Below the pieces are notes generated by a model. The model made no database searches, was not told the origin of the DNA, and was given only the letters and a program-made list of their open reading frames with translations. A program made the translations under genes and the position numbers. This document shows, one piece after another, positions 1 to 15,997 of a stretch of 64,000 nucleotides of DNA (its first letter is position 1; each line of letters begins with the position of its first letter). Source of the stretch: Octopus vulgaris (lineage: Eukaryota); the NCBI GenBank assembly GCA_951406725.2, contig OX597833.1, positions 28,024,001 through 28,088,000 of the forward strand. Reading direction: 5' to 3'.

Positions 1-428
1 GCATATATCTACGTACACACACTGACACGCACACACATATCTATATATATTCACAAAATATAGATCCTCACAAAAATATTCCACGCATGTATGTACTCAC
101 ATACATTTACATATGATACACACAAATACGTGTGTGTAGGTGTTTATATAAACTCATATATATTGCCTATAGTTAAGCAAGTATTGCTGTATGTATTATT
201 AAAAGCAGAAACTAATAAAATATACACATGCTACTTATGTATTGAGTACTTTCCCCTGTTTTTAGACACAAACATTCACCATCCATATATTTATGCGTGT
301 ATATGTGTATCTACATACACTTATAGTATACATACAAATCTACGTATATATATATATGTGTGTGTGCGTGTGTGTATACATATATATACATACACATGTA
401 CACACACACTCATACATACACGCGCACA

Positions 429-461
<33 letters not shown>

Positions 462-821
462 GCACACACACACACATATATACACGCATATATATATATA
501 CATAATAACAAATATTCGAGAATATTTATGTAAGTGTGCATAGATGTAAAGTAGTTATGCATATATTATTGAAAAGATAGATGTTGGTAATGTGCGTACT
601 TATGTATGCTATATTGTATATGAACACATTTTAATAGTGTTGTATATGTATATATATATACATACATACATACATACATACATACATGATAATATGTATG
701 TAAGTGTATGTGATTATTTGTAAAGTATGTATGGATGTATATGTACTCATATGTATATATGCGTGTGTATATGTGTAATTGCGTGTGATTCTGTATGTGT
801 GATTGTGGGTGGGTGTGATTT

Positions 822-978
<157 letters not shown>

Positions 979-1369
979 TTGAGCATATGTGTCTATGTGC
1001 GAGTGTTTTATGCGTAACACCAATACCATTACCTCTAAGCCTCGCAACGTGGAATGGCGCATTTTAAGGAATTATCTTCATTCTTCCTTTCTGTAAATGC
1101 TTTCCAAAGAAATTTGTCTTGACAGTGGAAATTTGGCAGCCATTAAAGATGGCGTCTTGTAGAAGAGTGTCTACTGGAGGCCATTTTGTTGGAGTGCTCT
1201 GTTCGTTTTTCTACGTGAAATTACAGCTTTAATGAATATAGAGTATGTGTAGTGAATGGCATGGGGTCTTTTCCTTGACTCTCCTTTTCGACCATCATCA
1301 CCACCACCACCACCATCGCCATCTTCTCTTTCTTTTCTGTTAGCTTTTTTTTCATGTATTTTGCTTTGT

Positions 1370-2200
<831 letters not shown>

Positions 2201-2252
2201 AGCATATATACAGATATATATATATATATTATGTGTGTGTATATGTATATGT

Positions 2253-2291
<39 letters not shown>

Positions 2292-2425
2292 ATGCAAAAA
2301 GGGGGAAAGTAGAACGCAGTACACATAATATGGTTGATTTATTCATTAAAACTTAGTATCGACTGTCATTGGTCTCAGTATGAATCTACAGTAAGTGTTA
2401 CTTCATGCTTCTGAAGTACCGTTTA

Positions 2426-2464
<39 letters not shown>

Positions 2465-3966
2465 GAATATAGACGAATATGTATTGAACGCTGCTTATCA
2501 TAATCGCGAGTAATGTTAACTGGCTCTTGTCACCAAAATCAGTGGATGGACTTCGCTTTAGTGTAATAACAATTAGCGAATTTCACTGTATGAATGTGTG
2601 TTTGTGTAATTACAAGTATATGCGCTTAGCATGGCTGTATATGTATGAACATATACGCATATACGTCTGTGTGTACTTGTGGGGATGAGGAGAGCTTGAG
2701 AGGCAGAGAGAGAGAGAAGGAAGGAGACACAGAGAGAGGACAGAGAGAAGGGGACAGAGAAAGGGGAACAGAGAGAAGAGGAAAGAGAGAGGGGACAAAG
2801 AGAATGAGAAGAGAGAGAGGACTGAGAGAGAAAGATCGTGCCTTCGTGTATTCTGGATTTAATTTTCAAATTTCTCATTTATAGAATAGGATCAAGTTTC
2901 AAACACAGAAACAAAAGGTTCTTTTTTTCTTTCACTAGAATCTAGGCATCAGTTGAGTATATATGCATTTATGCATGTTGCTTCTTCTCTTTCTCTTTTA
3001 ATTTGGAGTAAATTTTGACCAGCCACCGACTTAGTAGCAAGGTTATGAAGGAAAGCATCTTGTTTCAACCATCATCCTTTAAATCTTAAAAAGGTCTTGC
3101 AGGTCTCAGATCTCCTGATCATTTGTATGAATTAAGCATTTGTGTTCTCTCCCCAACATCCGAAGTTCAGCCATACTTTGCTCCATACGTGTTGGTATGT
3201 ATATTGTTGTTCTAATAACAATAATATATGTATGTATATGCGTCAATAAGCATCCTTTAGCATGTGTGCAGCCATGGATGTTACTGCTTGTGTGGATTTC
3301 AGTGTTTTGTCCAAATACCCACTAATAATTGCAGCTATAAGTCCAAAGCTATGGAGCATCTCCAGACTACGGCATTGATGCTTTCTTTTTCATTAATATC
3401 TAAACACAGCATGATATTAATATTTGTTGTACACTACTACGATTTCCACTGCTACAATCCATTTCTTTACACTGTATCAGACTTGTATTAAGACGGAGGG
3501 GGCGCTTTATGGCTCTCAACAAACACAATCATACTGTTGTTTCTGGCAAGCTAACAAAATCGTCACCGTTCCCAACAAAATGCTTAGCGGCATTTCTTCT
3601 GAGTTCAAATGCTGTCGGGATCGACTTTGCTTATCATCATTTGGGAGGGGGAAAATATAGAAGTAAGAGTGATTGTGTGGTAAGAAGTTTCCCGGGTCCA
3701 ATCCCACTGCATAGTACCTTGGGCAAGTGTCTCCTACTATAGCCTTGGGCATACCAAAGCCTTGTGAGTGGATTTGATACATGGATTTGCTGATATTCAA
3801 GCTGTTATTGCTAATGTCTTCCAAAGAGAAGTAGTTGTCATGGTGGTGGTCATGATGGTGGAAGTATCAGTCGTGCTGTGGTGATGGTGATTGTGATGGT
3901 TATGTTGACGAAAACGTGTGCAGAATATCAGAGCTTGTTACTTGAAGGTTAGTTACGGTAAGAGAC

Positions 3967-4032
<66 letters not shown>

Positions 4033-4494
4033 CAGTTGTAGTCGTAGTAGTAGCAGCAGCAGCAGCAGCAGCATATAAACAGATATTATTGGTATTGTGA
4101 GATTTAATACAGGAGAGTTATAGACAGATACACGCATACCTGTATCTGTAGTATGTATATATGCATATTGCCAGCCAAATAATGCTGAAATAGGCATCGA
4201 GCATTCTCACCACCATTGCTGGACAATTATCGTCTTCTACTGATATATTTTGGGCATCTTTAACAGAGTACGTCCATAAGGCGAATACCGCAGTTAATTT
4301 GGCTTTGTGACATATTTGTGTCGTTAAGTGTGATACAAATTGATATATCTATTTGTGTATGTATGTATGTGTGTATACACACATACATACATACACACAC
4401 ATACATACATACACTCATATGCGTACATACATACATACATACATACATACATACATACATACATACATACATACAATGAACATGGAGAGAGACA

Positions 4495-5395
4495 TGAAAT
4501 AAGAACTTATACAGATTTCTCCCCAAGAAGCAGTGGTAAAATCTACTTATCAGAACAACAGAAGAAAAAAACGAACCAGTTCACTGAGAAGATAGTATAT
4601 GGGTACTTGACACGTAAAACAAAGACCATGGAAGGGATCGATCATATCAACAGCTTGGCATAGAGTACCGACAATTTATGAGATCCCACTTTGAAGGCTA
4701 CATCCATGCAATCCAAGAACAAGAGATCCCTACCAGGCCCCTACAACATTAAGAGGCTAAAATACGTTGACAGACAAATGAAGGCTGTGCAAGATCAAGG
4801 CCGAAGACATCAACCACATTATTGCCAATTGTTAGAAAGTGTCTTCCAGATATTATCTTCTGCGAAGGCATGACACGGTAGCAGAACGGTTTAGAACAGG
4901 ATAATAAAAAAAGAGAATACCTACAAACGAAGCGGACCACATTGAGATCAATGACTCAAAAGAATAGCTACCAAGTTAAAACACAACCGGCCAGATATTG
5001 TTGTTGTGGAATCACAAAGAAAAGACATGTTCTGTTGCGGAAATCGGCTGCCTCTTTACGCGAATGTGGTTTGAAAAATACAAGAGAAAGAGGACATCTA
5101 CGGACCATTGAAATGGAGTTCGCAAAATTAATACCCAAGATACACTTTCAACTTCATACCCATTATTATTGGAACAGCAGGATTCGTACTAACCCGTCTG
5201 GAGCAAAATATAACTGAACTTGCAGTTTTAGGGAGAGGATGTGAATCCTTAATTCATATGCTACAAATAATCACGATATCTGGAACTATAAAAATCTGTA
5301 AGACCTTACTAAGATTTAAAGGATGACGATTAAATCATGATACTTTCCTTCTCAACCTTGCTACTAAGTCGGTGACAGGTCAACATTTTAAAAAT
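4495..5395 (+). mobile_element. Decayed 3' part of an RLE-type (R4/Dong-like) non-LTR retrotransposon, copy 1
   Basis: Frameshifted translation gives SHFEGYIHAIQEQEIPTR, then RLCKIKAEDINHIIANC (CCHC knuckle) and YYLLRRHDTVA (RHD motif). Colinear with 10490-11325, including the 3' UTR. Confidence 0.8.
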
Positions 5396-6039
5396 TACAT
5401 TGCCATAAGTGCCAATCCTGAGAAATTTGAGTTCTCAAAACCAGAAAGGAGAAAGAAGATCGAAGACTTCACATCAAAGCCATCACTGGAATAGTAAAAA
5501 TTTATAAAACTTAACAGAAATTTATCATTTATGTATATATGCGCATGTCTAGATATGAATGAAAATACATACATAAAACAAAACATAAGAATGTGTGCAT
5601 GCATTGATTTTAAATACTGCTCATATTCAAATAAGGTAACCCCGAAAAGGACTTTAATGCGCTCCCAGAGTATATAGAACATAGTAGGAAATACTAATAA
5701 GGTATGTATACTAAAATCGTGAAGTATGTTACGTAATAACAGGCTAATCATATATGAGATAATAACAATTCAAAGTAAATAACTCTGAAAAGGGCTTTTG
5801 TGCCTTCCCAGAGAATATTACCCTCACGGACACTAGTGTTGGTATATTCGTGAATAAGTCACTGACCGAGATAAGTGGATCCATTGTTTAAGAAAATACT
5901 ATTTACTTGTTTAAGGGCTGTACTGAATAAATTGCGAAAATAAATCTAACAGTTTAAATACTGAGAATTAAGCACACTCAATTTCATTTTTACCAAATAA
6001 TTTAGGAAACTGAATAGTTTATTTCCCTTGGCTATATAT

Positions 6040-6222
6040 AAGGATCCCTTCCAGGGGCCCTATTATATATTTTTTCAACAATCTGAGTATACCATGAGGT
6101 TTCCAGACATGAGTTCTACCCACGTATCAAGTTTCATCAAAATAGATAAAACGATGTAGGAGGAGTTAGTTAACAACTCCACAAACGCGCCCACAGACAG
6201 AATTTCCCACATATGTAGTAGA
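6040..6222 (-). mobile_element. Probable non-autonomous Helitron 5' end
   Basis: Minus strand begins A|TCTACTAC...CTGTCTGT...ATTTTGATGAAACTTG, matching the 5' region of the 58675 Helitron (ATTCTGATGAAACTTG). No 3' hairpin-CTAG found. Confidence 0.5.
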
Positions 6223-6240
6223 TATATATGTATATAAATA

Positions 6241-6324
<84 letters not shown>

Positions 6325-6794
6325 GATACATGTATCGGTGTGTGTGCGTGTGTGCTCGCGTGTGTATGCGTGAGTGCATGCGTGCGTTCGTGCGTGTGTG
6401 TGTTTGGTTAGCCTTGCTTGGATTCGCTAAGCTCTGGTCCTCAATCCATCTCTATTTTCCATGACTTATTCCTGTAGGTGGCATTTTGTGTCATCTGTAA
6501 AACTGTCGACATATTTATTCGCAGGGAGACCAATGCAATTTCGACCGACTTGCAAGACCTAGCGTGCTTGCGTGCGTGCGTACGTGCGTGCGAGCGTGTA
6601 TGCATGTGGTCTAAACAGGGAACTTTCAGACGTATATGAAATACACGAAAATTTATTTAAGAAACTTTTCCTATTTCTTTAGTCCTTTCTTTTTAGTTTG
6701 AGACAGTAAGGTTCCTATGTCCTTTAATATTTTAAGACTTTATCAGCCTTACCGTCTTCATTAATAAACTTTCTAATATATGCCCAATGCCTGT

Positions 6795-6920
6795 TCTCAA
6801 CTGGTATTTATTTTATCGACTCAGAAAGGATGAAAAGCCTTGGCAAAATTCGGACTCAGAACACGGACGAAATGCCGCTAAGCATTATGCCCTGTGAGCT
6901 AACGATTCTGCCAGCTTGCA
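6795..6920 (-). mobile_element. tRNA-derived SINE family C, partial
   Basis: Contains TTTATCGAC...GAAAGGATGAAA and GACGAAATGCCGCTAAGCATT shared with other family C copies. Confidence 0.8.
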
Positions 6921-6924
6921 GCTT

Positions 6925-6925
<1 letters not shown>

Positions 6926-6955
<30 letters not shown>

Positions 6956-7069
6956 AAGAAGAAGAAGAAGAAGAAGAAGAAGAAGAAGAAGAAGAAGAAG
7001 AAGAAGAAGAAGAAGAAGAAGAAGAAGAAGAAGAAGAAGAAGAAGAAGAAGAAGAAGAAGAAGAAGAAG
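6926..7069. repeat. (AAG)n microsatellite, about 48 units
   Basis: Direct reading; source of the poly-K ORF. Confidence 0.98.
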
Positions 7070-7691
7070 CGTTAAGATCCAACTATGTGAAGTGCAGAAT
7101 AGACAATATTGCCGATAGCGATAAATGCAGAATGTATGGTGAGAGGGGTGAAATGGTATGGCACAACGTTAGCGAATACCCGAAAATGGCACAACGCGAA
7201 TACAAAAGACGCCATGACAATATGGCAGGAATGATCAATTGGGATCTCTGTAGATATCGCGACCTACAAAAAGCAAAGACGTGGTATCAGCAAATCCCAG
7301 GAGGAGTCACCGAGAATGAGAATTGCTAAATCCAGTGGGATGCAATGATCCGGTGCGATCATCTGACCAGACATCGGAAACCGGACATCGTTGTGAATAA
7401 ATAAGAAAGAACATGTATGATAATTAACATAGCCAGCCCTGGTGGCAACAGGATTAATGTGAAAGAAGAAGAAAAAATAAACAACTATGACGATTTGAAG
7501 TGGGAAATACGAAGGTTTTGGTCAATGAGGAGAGTAGATATGATACCAATAATAATCGGTGCACTTGAAGCATCATCACACAGCCACCAAAATGGCTGAA
7601 AAAGATTGTTGCAAGTGTGAAGGTAGACCAACTACAAAAATCAGCATTGCTTGGAACTGCAAGAATTCTTCGCATGGTTCTTGGAGCATGA
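7070..7691 (+). mobile_element. 5'-truncated RLE-type (R4/Dong-like) LINE fragment, endonuclease domain
   Basis: DKCRM...YKRRHDNMA...HRKPDIVV...EEEKINNYDDLKWEI...IPIIIGAL...QKSALLGTARILRMVLGA*: decayed zinc knuckle, RHD motif and PD-(D/E)xK nuclease, with stops and frameshifts. Confidence 0.88.
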
Positions 7692-7699
7692 CCAGTAAA

Positions 7700-8075
7700 C
7701 AAGTATGCTGGCGTAGGCTCGAATCGTAACAAACTTTCTCACCTCTCCGAGTGTCAAACTATTACACCTGCTTGTTGTTTATACACCTGTCTTCGTCTTT
7801 TGTTTTTCTGTAAATTTCAACTATACATACGTATATATATACATATATATATATTCCAAAATGTAACTACACGTGGACTGTTGGCGATATTTTTCCTTCT
7901 ACTTCCTTTTCTTTTGGACTTTCTTATGTCTTCTCTTTCCGAAGAAGAGCTTTGCTCGAAACGTAAAACAATCTCTCTTTCTTTCCTTCTCTGAGCGTCT
8001 TATTAATACTTTGCATGTACCACGTCCGCGCGTTGTTGTTTTTTCTTGTCTCTTTTTCTACGTTTTTTTAACTAT
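7700..8075 (+). mobile_element. Two Penelope-like terminal-repeat (pLTR-like) fragments
   Basis: 7700-7830 is homologous to the reverse complement of 25520-25650. 7939-7965 has CCGAAGAA-GAGC-ttt-GCTC-GAAA-CGTA, a degenerate hammerhead-like motif. Confidence 0.5.
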
Positions 8076-8092
8076 TCATATATATATGTATA

Positions 8093-8166
<74 letters not shown>

Positions 8167-8979
8167 ACAGAAAAGAGGTATTTCGATTATCCCCACGTGG
8201 TGAGTTGTAATGTATATAAGAAATTAAAAAAGGAAAATACGCACACTTACATAGTTTTAATATAATTTTTACATTCTGTGATTTCACTACAGAACCTTAC
8301 GCAGTTGTTTGTTCATTGAGCAAGAGCGGTGTTTTGTATGGGGCTTATGTATTTTCTGTTGCATTCAAAGGATTTAACCGAATATGCGAGGACAATGTTT
8401 CGTATTTCATGCATGTGTATAAGTGATGGAATTTTTATCGTATATTTGACTACATCTTTTCTTAATCATTCCCGGAAGTGCCTATTATTATAGAGATTAT
8501 TTGTTTTGAATCCCCACATTTTTTGTTATTTCTGTTTCCGGATCTTTCCATTTTATGTTGGTCCCCCCCCCACACACACACACACCATTTCTTTCAGAGA
8601 TATATTGTCTTCTAATGGAAGTGATAGATATTTCTTGACCTGATAATTTTTGACAATAATATGTGCAGGATTTAAAGCGGCGAGTCATACATAAGAAATC
8701 CTCACCTAGTATATGCAAAGCAAAAAGATATTGTTAATAATAAATCTAAGCTATGCAAAACCAAAACTGAAGACATTATCCGCGTCGTTACCAACAAAGA
8801 GAAGCTTCTCTAGAAACTACATTTCCATAATGCATTATGTTGCAGTAAGAACAATCTGAATAAAGTGAGAAAGAACAAAAAATTAGAAGATAAACTTATT
8901 AAAAAGGATTATGCATACATACATACATACATACATACATACATACATACATACATACATACATACATACATACATAGA

Positions 8980-9320
8980 AGTGTGGCAGTGTGTTGAGCC
9001 CAAATTAATTAAGATGACGCAGGAAATAGCAATTAAAAACCGCAGAAACTTGACTATGGACTGAGCTGTGTGTTGTGTTCTTGAGCAAGACACTTTATTT
9101 CACGTTACTTCAGTTCACTCGGCTGTAGAAATGAGCTGGTCACTGGTGCCAAGTTGTATCGGCATTTGCCTTTCTTTTAGATAACATCGGTGGCGTGGAG
9201 AGGGGAAGCATGGTATGCATGAGCGATTGCTGGTTTTCCGTAAACAATCTTGCCCTGGCTTGTGCCTCGGAGAGGAACTTTCTAGGTGCAATCTCATGGT
9301 CATTCATGATTGAAGGGGAT
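8980..9320 (+). mobile_element. SINE related to family D, decayed
   Basis: Shares TTGAGCAAGACACTTTATTTCA...CACTCGGCTG with 38615-38895. Confidence 0.6.
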
Positions 9321-9327
9321 TTTTACC

Positions 9328-11325
9328 TGACTGGACTACCAAAAAGCCTTTGATAGTATACCACATGGACGTATTATTAAGGCACCGAAATTAACCAAAG
9401 CGCCACCACCACTTGTAATTGCCATCCACCACCAAACCAAAAACTGGTACACCTCCTTACTGCTTAGTGGTAACAAGGAATACATCAAATCTGACACTAA
9501 ACACAATCCAAAAAGGTATACTTCAGAGCGATGACTTGTTAATACTGCTCTTTGTTTTCTCATGAAATATCCTGTTATACCTGATCACAAAACAAGGTAG
9601 TTATAGGAATAGATCCAGTTACATATTTCCATTTTTAATGCTCTGAAGATGTATTAACTACATCAAACTGGATCTCATAACCCGATTTTCTAAAAACATA
9701 TGTGTGTTTTTTGTGGTAAAATAGAGGAAACGCCTGCTCTCATCCAAAACACTAAATAGGGATTCCAAATTTTGGCACAAAGCCAGAAATTTCAGGGGTG
9801 GCTGCAAGTCGATAGCATCGCACCTCGTGCTCAGATGGTACTTATGTTATTGACCCCGAAAGGCCAAAAATCGACCTCGGCGGAATTTGAACTCAAAACG
9901 TAAAGACGGACGAAATGTCGCAAAGCATTTTACCTGGAGTGCTAATGATTCTGCCAGCTTTCCGCCTTAAAGACACTAAATATGCAGGATCTAAAACTAC
10001 AGCCTTCACGCTCTGGAGGAAGTTACAAGTATCTCATCAATAAGGAATGGGCAAGGAATGACTAACTGAAAAACTTTTAAAGATATGGTCGTCTGAACTC
10101 TCTGTTACAAGCGCCCACAACACTTTTTGCAGTGCCTATCCTCACGCCCGGATTTAGCCTTCTAAACTGGTCACTGCAAGAGCTCAACGAGACAGACGTA
10201 CGAACTCGCACGCTGCTCAGTACTACTGAAAACTTCTGTATCAAAGGAGGCGTAGACAGGCTATACTTACCACGCAAGGATGATAGACGTGGTCTTAAAT
10301 CGTTACTGTTGTCATATGAAGCACGTATTTTGGTACTGAAGCAACATGTGCTGCAAATGAAAGAGGCCAGTTGCTATCTTGTTCAAGCTTGAAGGCTTGA
10401 AAACAACATCTAATAAACTTGAGAAGAGTGAAATAAGAGATGATGCAGATCTCTCCACGAGGATCAATGACAAATTCTATTTATCAGAGCTACAAAATAA
10501 AATGGACCAGTTAACTGAGAAGGTTGTGCATGGCTACTCAGCACGAAAGATGCTTTCCATGGAAAGAATAAAATCATAACAAAAGCTTGGCATGGAATAC
10601 CGACAAGTTTATGATATCCCATTTTGAAGGCTATCGCCATGCAATTCGGGAACTAGAGATTCTCACTAAGTACCTGCAGCATAAAAGACAGAAAACATTG
10701 ATGGACAACAAATGTAGGCTGTACAAAACTAAAACTGGGGAATCAACCACGTTATTGCCAACTGTTAGAGAATGTCATCTAGATATCATCTTCTCATGAG
10801 GCATAATGCGATAGCCAGAACAGTCTGGAATAGGATAGCAAAAAAGGAAACCAACAAACGAAGTTGACTATACTGAGACCGATGGCTCAAAAGACTATTG
10901 GTGGAATTTAAAAATTAAAACAGCTACCAAATTGAAACAAAACTACCATATAGTCTTGTGAGGGACCACAGGAAGAAAATGTGTCCTGCTGTAGAGATTA
11001 GCAAGCCTCGGGACACCAATCTGGTTCCAAAAATACAAGAGAAAGAAGACGTCTATGAACCATTGATAAGGAGTTTGTGTTATACCTATTATTGCTGGAG
11101 CAACAGGATACGTATCAACCCGCCTGGAGTACGATATGGCTGAACTTCGGTTCTTGGGGAGAGAATATAACTCTTTAGCTATTATGCTACAAATAATCAA
11201 AGTGTCTAAGACATTAAAATTCTGCAAGACTTTCTTAAGATTTAAAGAATGATAGCTAAAACAAAATGCTTTCCTCCACAAATTTGCCACTAAACATGTG
11301 ACCAGTCATAATTAGCTCTAAATTA
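9328..11325 (+). mobile_element. Decayed RLE-type (R4/Dong-like) LINE, copy 2 (RT remnant to 3' UTR), interrupted by a SINE
   Basis: LDYQKAFDSIPH at 9331; AVPILT...VDRLYLPRKDDRRGL; SHFEGYRHAIRELEI...KCRL...NHVIANC...MRHNAIA; VEISKP...KIQEKED. Confidence 0.85.
9760..9968 (-). mobile_element. tRNA-derived SINE family C, nested in LINE
   Basis: GACCCCGAAAGG...TCGACCTCGGCGGAATTTGAACTCA...GATTCTGCCAGCT. Confidence 0.85.
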
Positions 11326-11406
11326 AAATGACAAAAAGAAAACACATACACACACGCTTATATACATACATACATACATACATACATACATACATACATA
11401 CATACA

Positions 11407-11440
<34 letters not shown>

Positions 11441-11841
11441 CATACATACATACATACATAACTACTTAACTGATATTGTTTAAATTCCATTGAAAAGGCT
11501 TTGTTTTATGGGCGGAGACTGACCTTTTCTTTATTGGTGAGATATATAAAAACTGAAACTAGAAGAAAATGCACATACACACACACACACGTTCATACAC
11601 ACGCACGCACACACACTTGAACACACGCTCATACACACGCATACAAACATACACACACATCACGCTTGCACGCACGCGCGCGCACACACGCACACACAGA
11701 CACACACACACGCAAGCACACACACACACGCACACATGCAAACGGAAACGCAAACGCAAACACTGGGATCGGTGTATACACTTGCAATTATAACTAAACT
11801 TCTTTCTCCGCTGCAGCTGCTGCTGCTTATACTACTACTAT

Positions 11842-11889
<48 letters not shown>

Positions 11890-12469
11890 CACTACTATTC
11901 CGCATAGTTCTTACTTTAAGCAAGCAATAACAACTACACAGGAATACATTTCAGCCACAGAAACCCAGTGGTAAGGAGCAAAAAAAGGTTGACCTCGCTG
12001 TCAAAACATTATATTAAGACAGTTAAATCAGCTCGTATTCGAAGATGGTGTGGATGAATGATGCAAGAGAGAGAAAAAAATAACATAAAATAAAATAAAC
12101 GAAAGTAACACTTCAACAAGACAATTTACAGTCCATTATTATCCGGTTTTCAATATATATTTAAAAGATAACAGCGTTCAAATGAATGTTTTATCTATTC
12201 TAGTTTACTTTAATTTTCCACCAGAGGGCAGCAGCATCTGCTGCAATGGTGGCTGTGGATTAAGTATTGTGTAGTGTATCGTCTGTTATATCTGAGTAAA
12301 ATTGATTGTTGCTGAATGTTTGTTGATCTGAACAACATTTTCATTTTTCTTTTTCAATTTTTCTTTTTCGTTTCATTTTTTATTTTCCTGTGTATATCAG
12401 ATACCGTTGCTTATTTGAAATGGAAGATGTAGAATCGAAATAACTGGTATATTACTTGACTGACTCATA

Positions 12470-13010
<541 letters not shown>

Positions 13011-13489
13011 TATAGAGGGCATTATTACACATAAATGCCACACGCTAGGAGGGACTTTTAAAGTCATAACTACCAAATATAAACAGATCGTACCGAATGC
13101 AATTCTCAAAGCGAGTCATTTAAAAACAGAATTTAGCTCCATATCACCTGTGATTTCGCAATTAACGCGTTATACGCGTCCCTTGCTCTTCAGTGAAGCG
13201 AATCCAAAATATATCATAAATAAACAAAAACATCATACCAGGTGGACAACCGTCGCCGTCATCGTAGTATATGAAATGTTTACCCATCATACATTTATGT
13301 AAATGGCGGGCTCTTTTGAATTGCATTTCGGGAACAACGTGCTTTTTCGGAACAAATTTTAAAAATAGGATAAAATCTTAATAAGAAATCTTAACAAGAA
13401 ATTATCAAGTAGTTTTTCTATGGAAAAAATGTGATTTTCCGTGTATAACATTATAGTCTATTGTAAGAAAAGTAAATACTCTGTTGACA

Positions 13490-14999
13490 GGGTATGATAT
13501 ACCCATTTGAAACGTCCGAAACCAGGTCAAAGTTTTGAAGATTTGTTTGACATTACGAATCAACATGGCAGCTGGCTATCTAAAGAAGTCAAAGACTTTT
13601 ACAGTACACAAATTTAAAGTGGCGGTATAAATGACTACACTGCATCTCGGTTAGCTATGGTTCATCCTTCAAAGCGAACACCTTCCTCGTCAAGAGTGCC
13701 AGTTTCAACTTCACAAGCGTTTCTCCCATATGTTGAAGCAAGTAAAGTAACGTGCCTAAAACATTCTCAACTGTTACACAAATTTTTTGTATGCATTGAT
13801 GTCACTAACAACTTCTTGCAGATATATCTTCATCATCAGAAATATCTACTGCTGATTCTGCAGATGAAATGACATTACTAATAGACGAACAAGTTGGCAC
13901 CTCTAAACAACCTCACTCAACTCAGAAAGCAAAGAACTTGCTGCAAAAAAAAAATTTAAGCAGTCATAAAGAAGCCAACGCCTGCAAAGAGCTGAGAGAG
14001 AAAGGAGCACTTCTCTCCACTCCGTCACAGTCAGGAGTGTTCAAAGTTGCTAGGAACTAAAAGAAACTTTAAAAAATTATCAGTGGGTGCTCCCTTTTGA
14101 TGGAAAGGTTATGAAGAGTAAAGAAAGACAAGTTGCTGTTGTGAAAAACAACACAAGAGAAATTAGATTAGCAGCACTAACTCTGAAGAATGGCAGAGCA
14201 GACACCATTTTTCAAGGAATAAATGAAATTTTGGATGATTACGAATTGTGGCCAGCAATCAAAATGATGATCATAGACGCATGTAGTGTAAATACAGGAA
14301 AGCATACTGGAGTGGTTATTCGACTGCAGAACGAATTTGTAAAGCATGGATACCCTGCACCTCAATACATTGGTTGTCATCATCATGTGTTAAACCGCCT
14401 CCTAAAACATGTGATGAATGATACACTGAATAGAAAAGCTGCATCACCAAATATATCAGATCCGTTCATAGACGATTTCATAAAAAAAAACAACTATGAG
14501 GATTTGGTGGCAGAATGGCAACAAGGTGAAGCAAAACTTCAAATGGATGATAATCCAGGTTGGAGAGATTACCTCAAGTTTTTATTTGAACTTAGTCATG
14601 CTTTCTGATTTTATCAGCAACAAAGCATTTTCCCAGAAATTAAGTTTAGAAAACTTCCTAGACTTAGCAATGCACGTTGGAATTCACGAACAATCTTGAC
14701 CATCCTCACATACAGGCTTCTACCACAAAGTAGAGAAAAACTCTACGACGTGTATTATTTTATCAGCAGAAACTCGATGGAAATGTGGCTTTGTGACCAA
14801 AGGTTTGACAGCATGGCCTACCAGAAACTTTCACAAGCAGTTTCTGGATATACTAAATCAACCAAAAGGATCAGTAATTCAAGATGTTCAGCTTTCAAAC
14901 ATATGTGCTGAACGTGCAGTAAAAATAATAGATGAATTAGATTGCAGGTCTTCTGAAAAATTAAATCTGCGAATTGTTTTAACCAACAAGATTCTTTGA
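13490..14999 (+). pseudogene. Decayed DDE transposase, hAT-like
   Basis: Fragments FEDLFDI...WLSKEVKDFY, LPFDGK, IIDACSVNTG, YIGCHHH (CxxH), SNARWNSR (RW motif) and NICAERAVK, separated by stops and frameshifts. TIRs not identified; subfamily uncertain. Confidence 0.72.
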
Positions 15000-15529
15000 A
15001 AACTGCTGTTGTATTAGGCTGCACTTATTAAATCAACAATGCATAAGAGTACGTCTTATTACTTGAACAATATATGCATGTCCGTAGTACAAGTGTTGTC
15101 AATTATATTGTCATCGGTGGAGGAGTTTTTTGTGACAAAGAAAGAAATGATTATGATGTTTTTGTCATTAAACCATATAGTTCCCCTTCTGGTACTCGAC
15201 TTGAAAAATGTGCATGTGTGTATACATATTCGTGTGTACAGAGATTGAAAGAAGGAAAGATGGAAGGAGGAAGACGTAGGAAAATGCAGTGAAAGAAAAT
15301 CAAAGACTGGAAGGGTGATGAAGATAAAAAGATGCAGAAATGCAAAGACGGCTAGAGAGCAAGAGAAAGGAAATATGAAGAGTAGAGAGTGGATGAAGAA
15401 TTAACGATAACCCTATTATTAGCAGCCAAGAATTTGACTAATTCAGAAATGCTACAGCTAGGACCTTCAACGGCTTCAGTCTTAGACTCTTAATGTCAAC
15501 GAATATGTACACCGTTAACTTTCTCTATC

Positions 15530-15779
15530 ATTTATCTTTTATTTCTTTCAGTCATTAGACTGAAATACTGCGGCCATGCTGGGGCACTACCTTGAAGAAC
15601 TTTCAGTCGAATAAATCGATCCCAGTAGTTCTTTTTTTTTCACCTTCGTACTTATTCTATCGGTTTCTTTTGCCGAACCTCTAAATTGCAGGGACGTAAA
15701 CAAACCAACCCTACTCGTCAAGCGGTGGTGGGAGACAAACATACACACACACTCTTACTTTCTCTCTCACTCACGTACG

Positions 15780-15811
<32 letters not shown>

Positions 15812-15997
15812 TACACACACACATACACACACACACAAAACAGGCTTATTTCGATTTCCGTCTATCAAATCCACTCACAAAAATTGGTTGGCCCGAGGCT
15901 ATATTAAAAAACACTTGTCCAAGATACCACGCAGTGGGACTGAACCCGGAACTATATGGTTGGAAAGCAAGTTTCTCATCATACAGCCATGCTAGCG
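15530..15997 (-). mobile_element. tRNA-derived SINE family A
   Basis: Reverse complement of head (...CCGGGTTCAGTCCCACTGCGTGG), internal (CA)n tract and 3' CAGCATGGCCGCAG tail. Confidence 0.85.

Noticed and set aside
12218-12233. CTCF-like motif CCACCAGAGGGCAGCA
   Set aside because: Single motif, possibly inside a decayed mariner 5' region (about 12130-12455); function cannot be supported from sequence alone.
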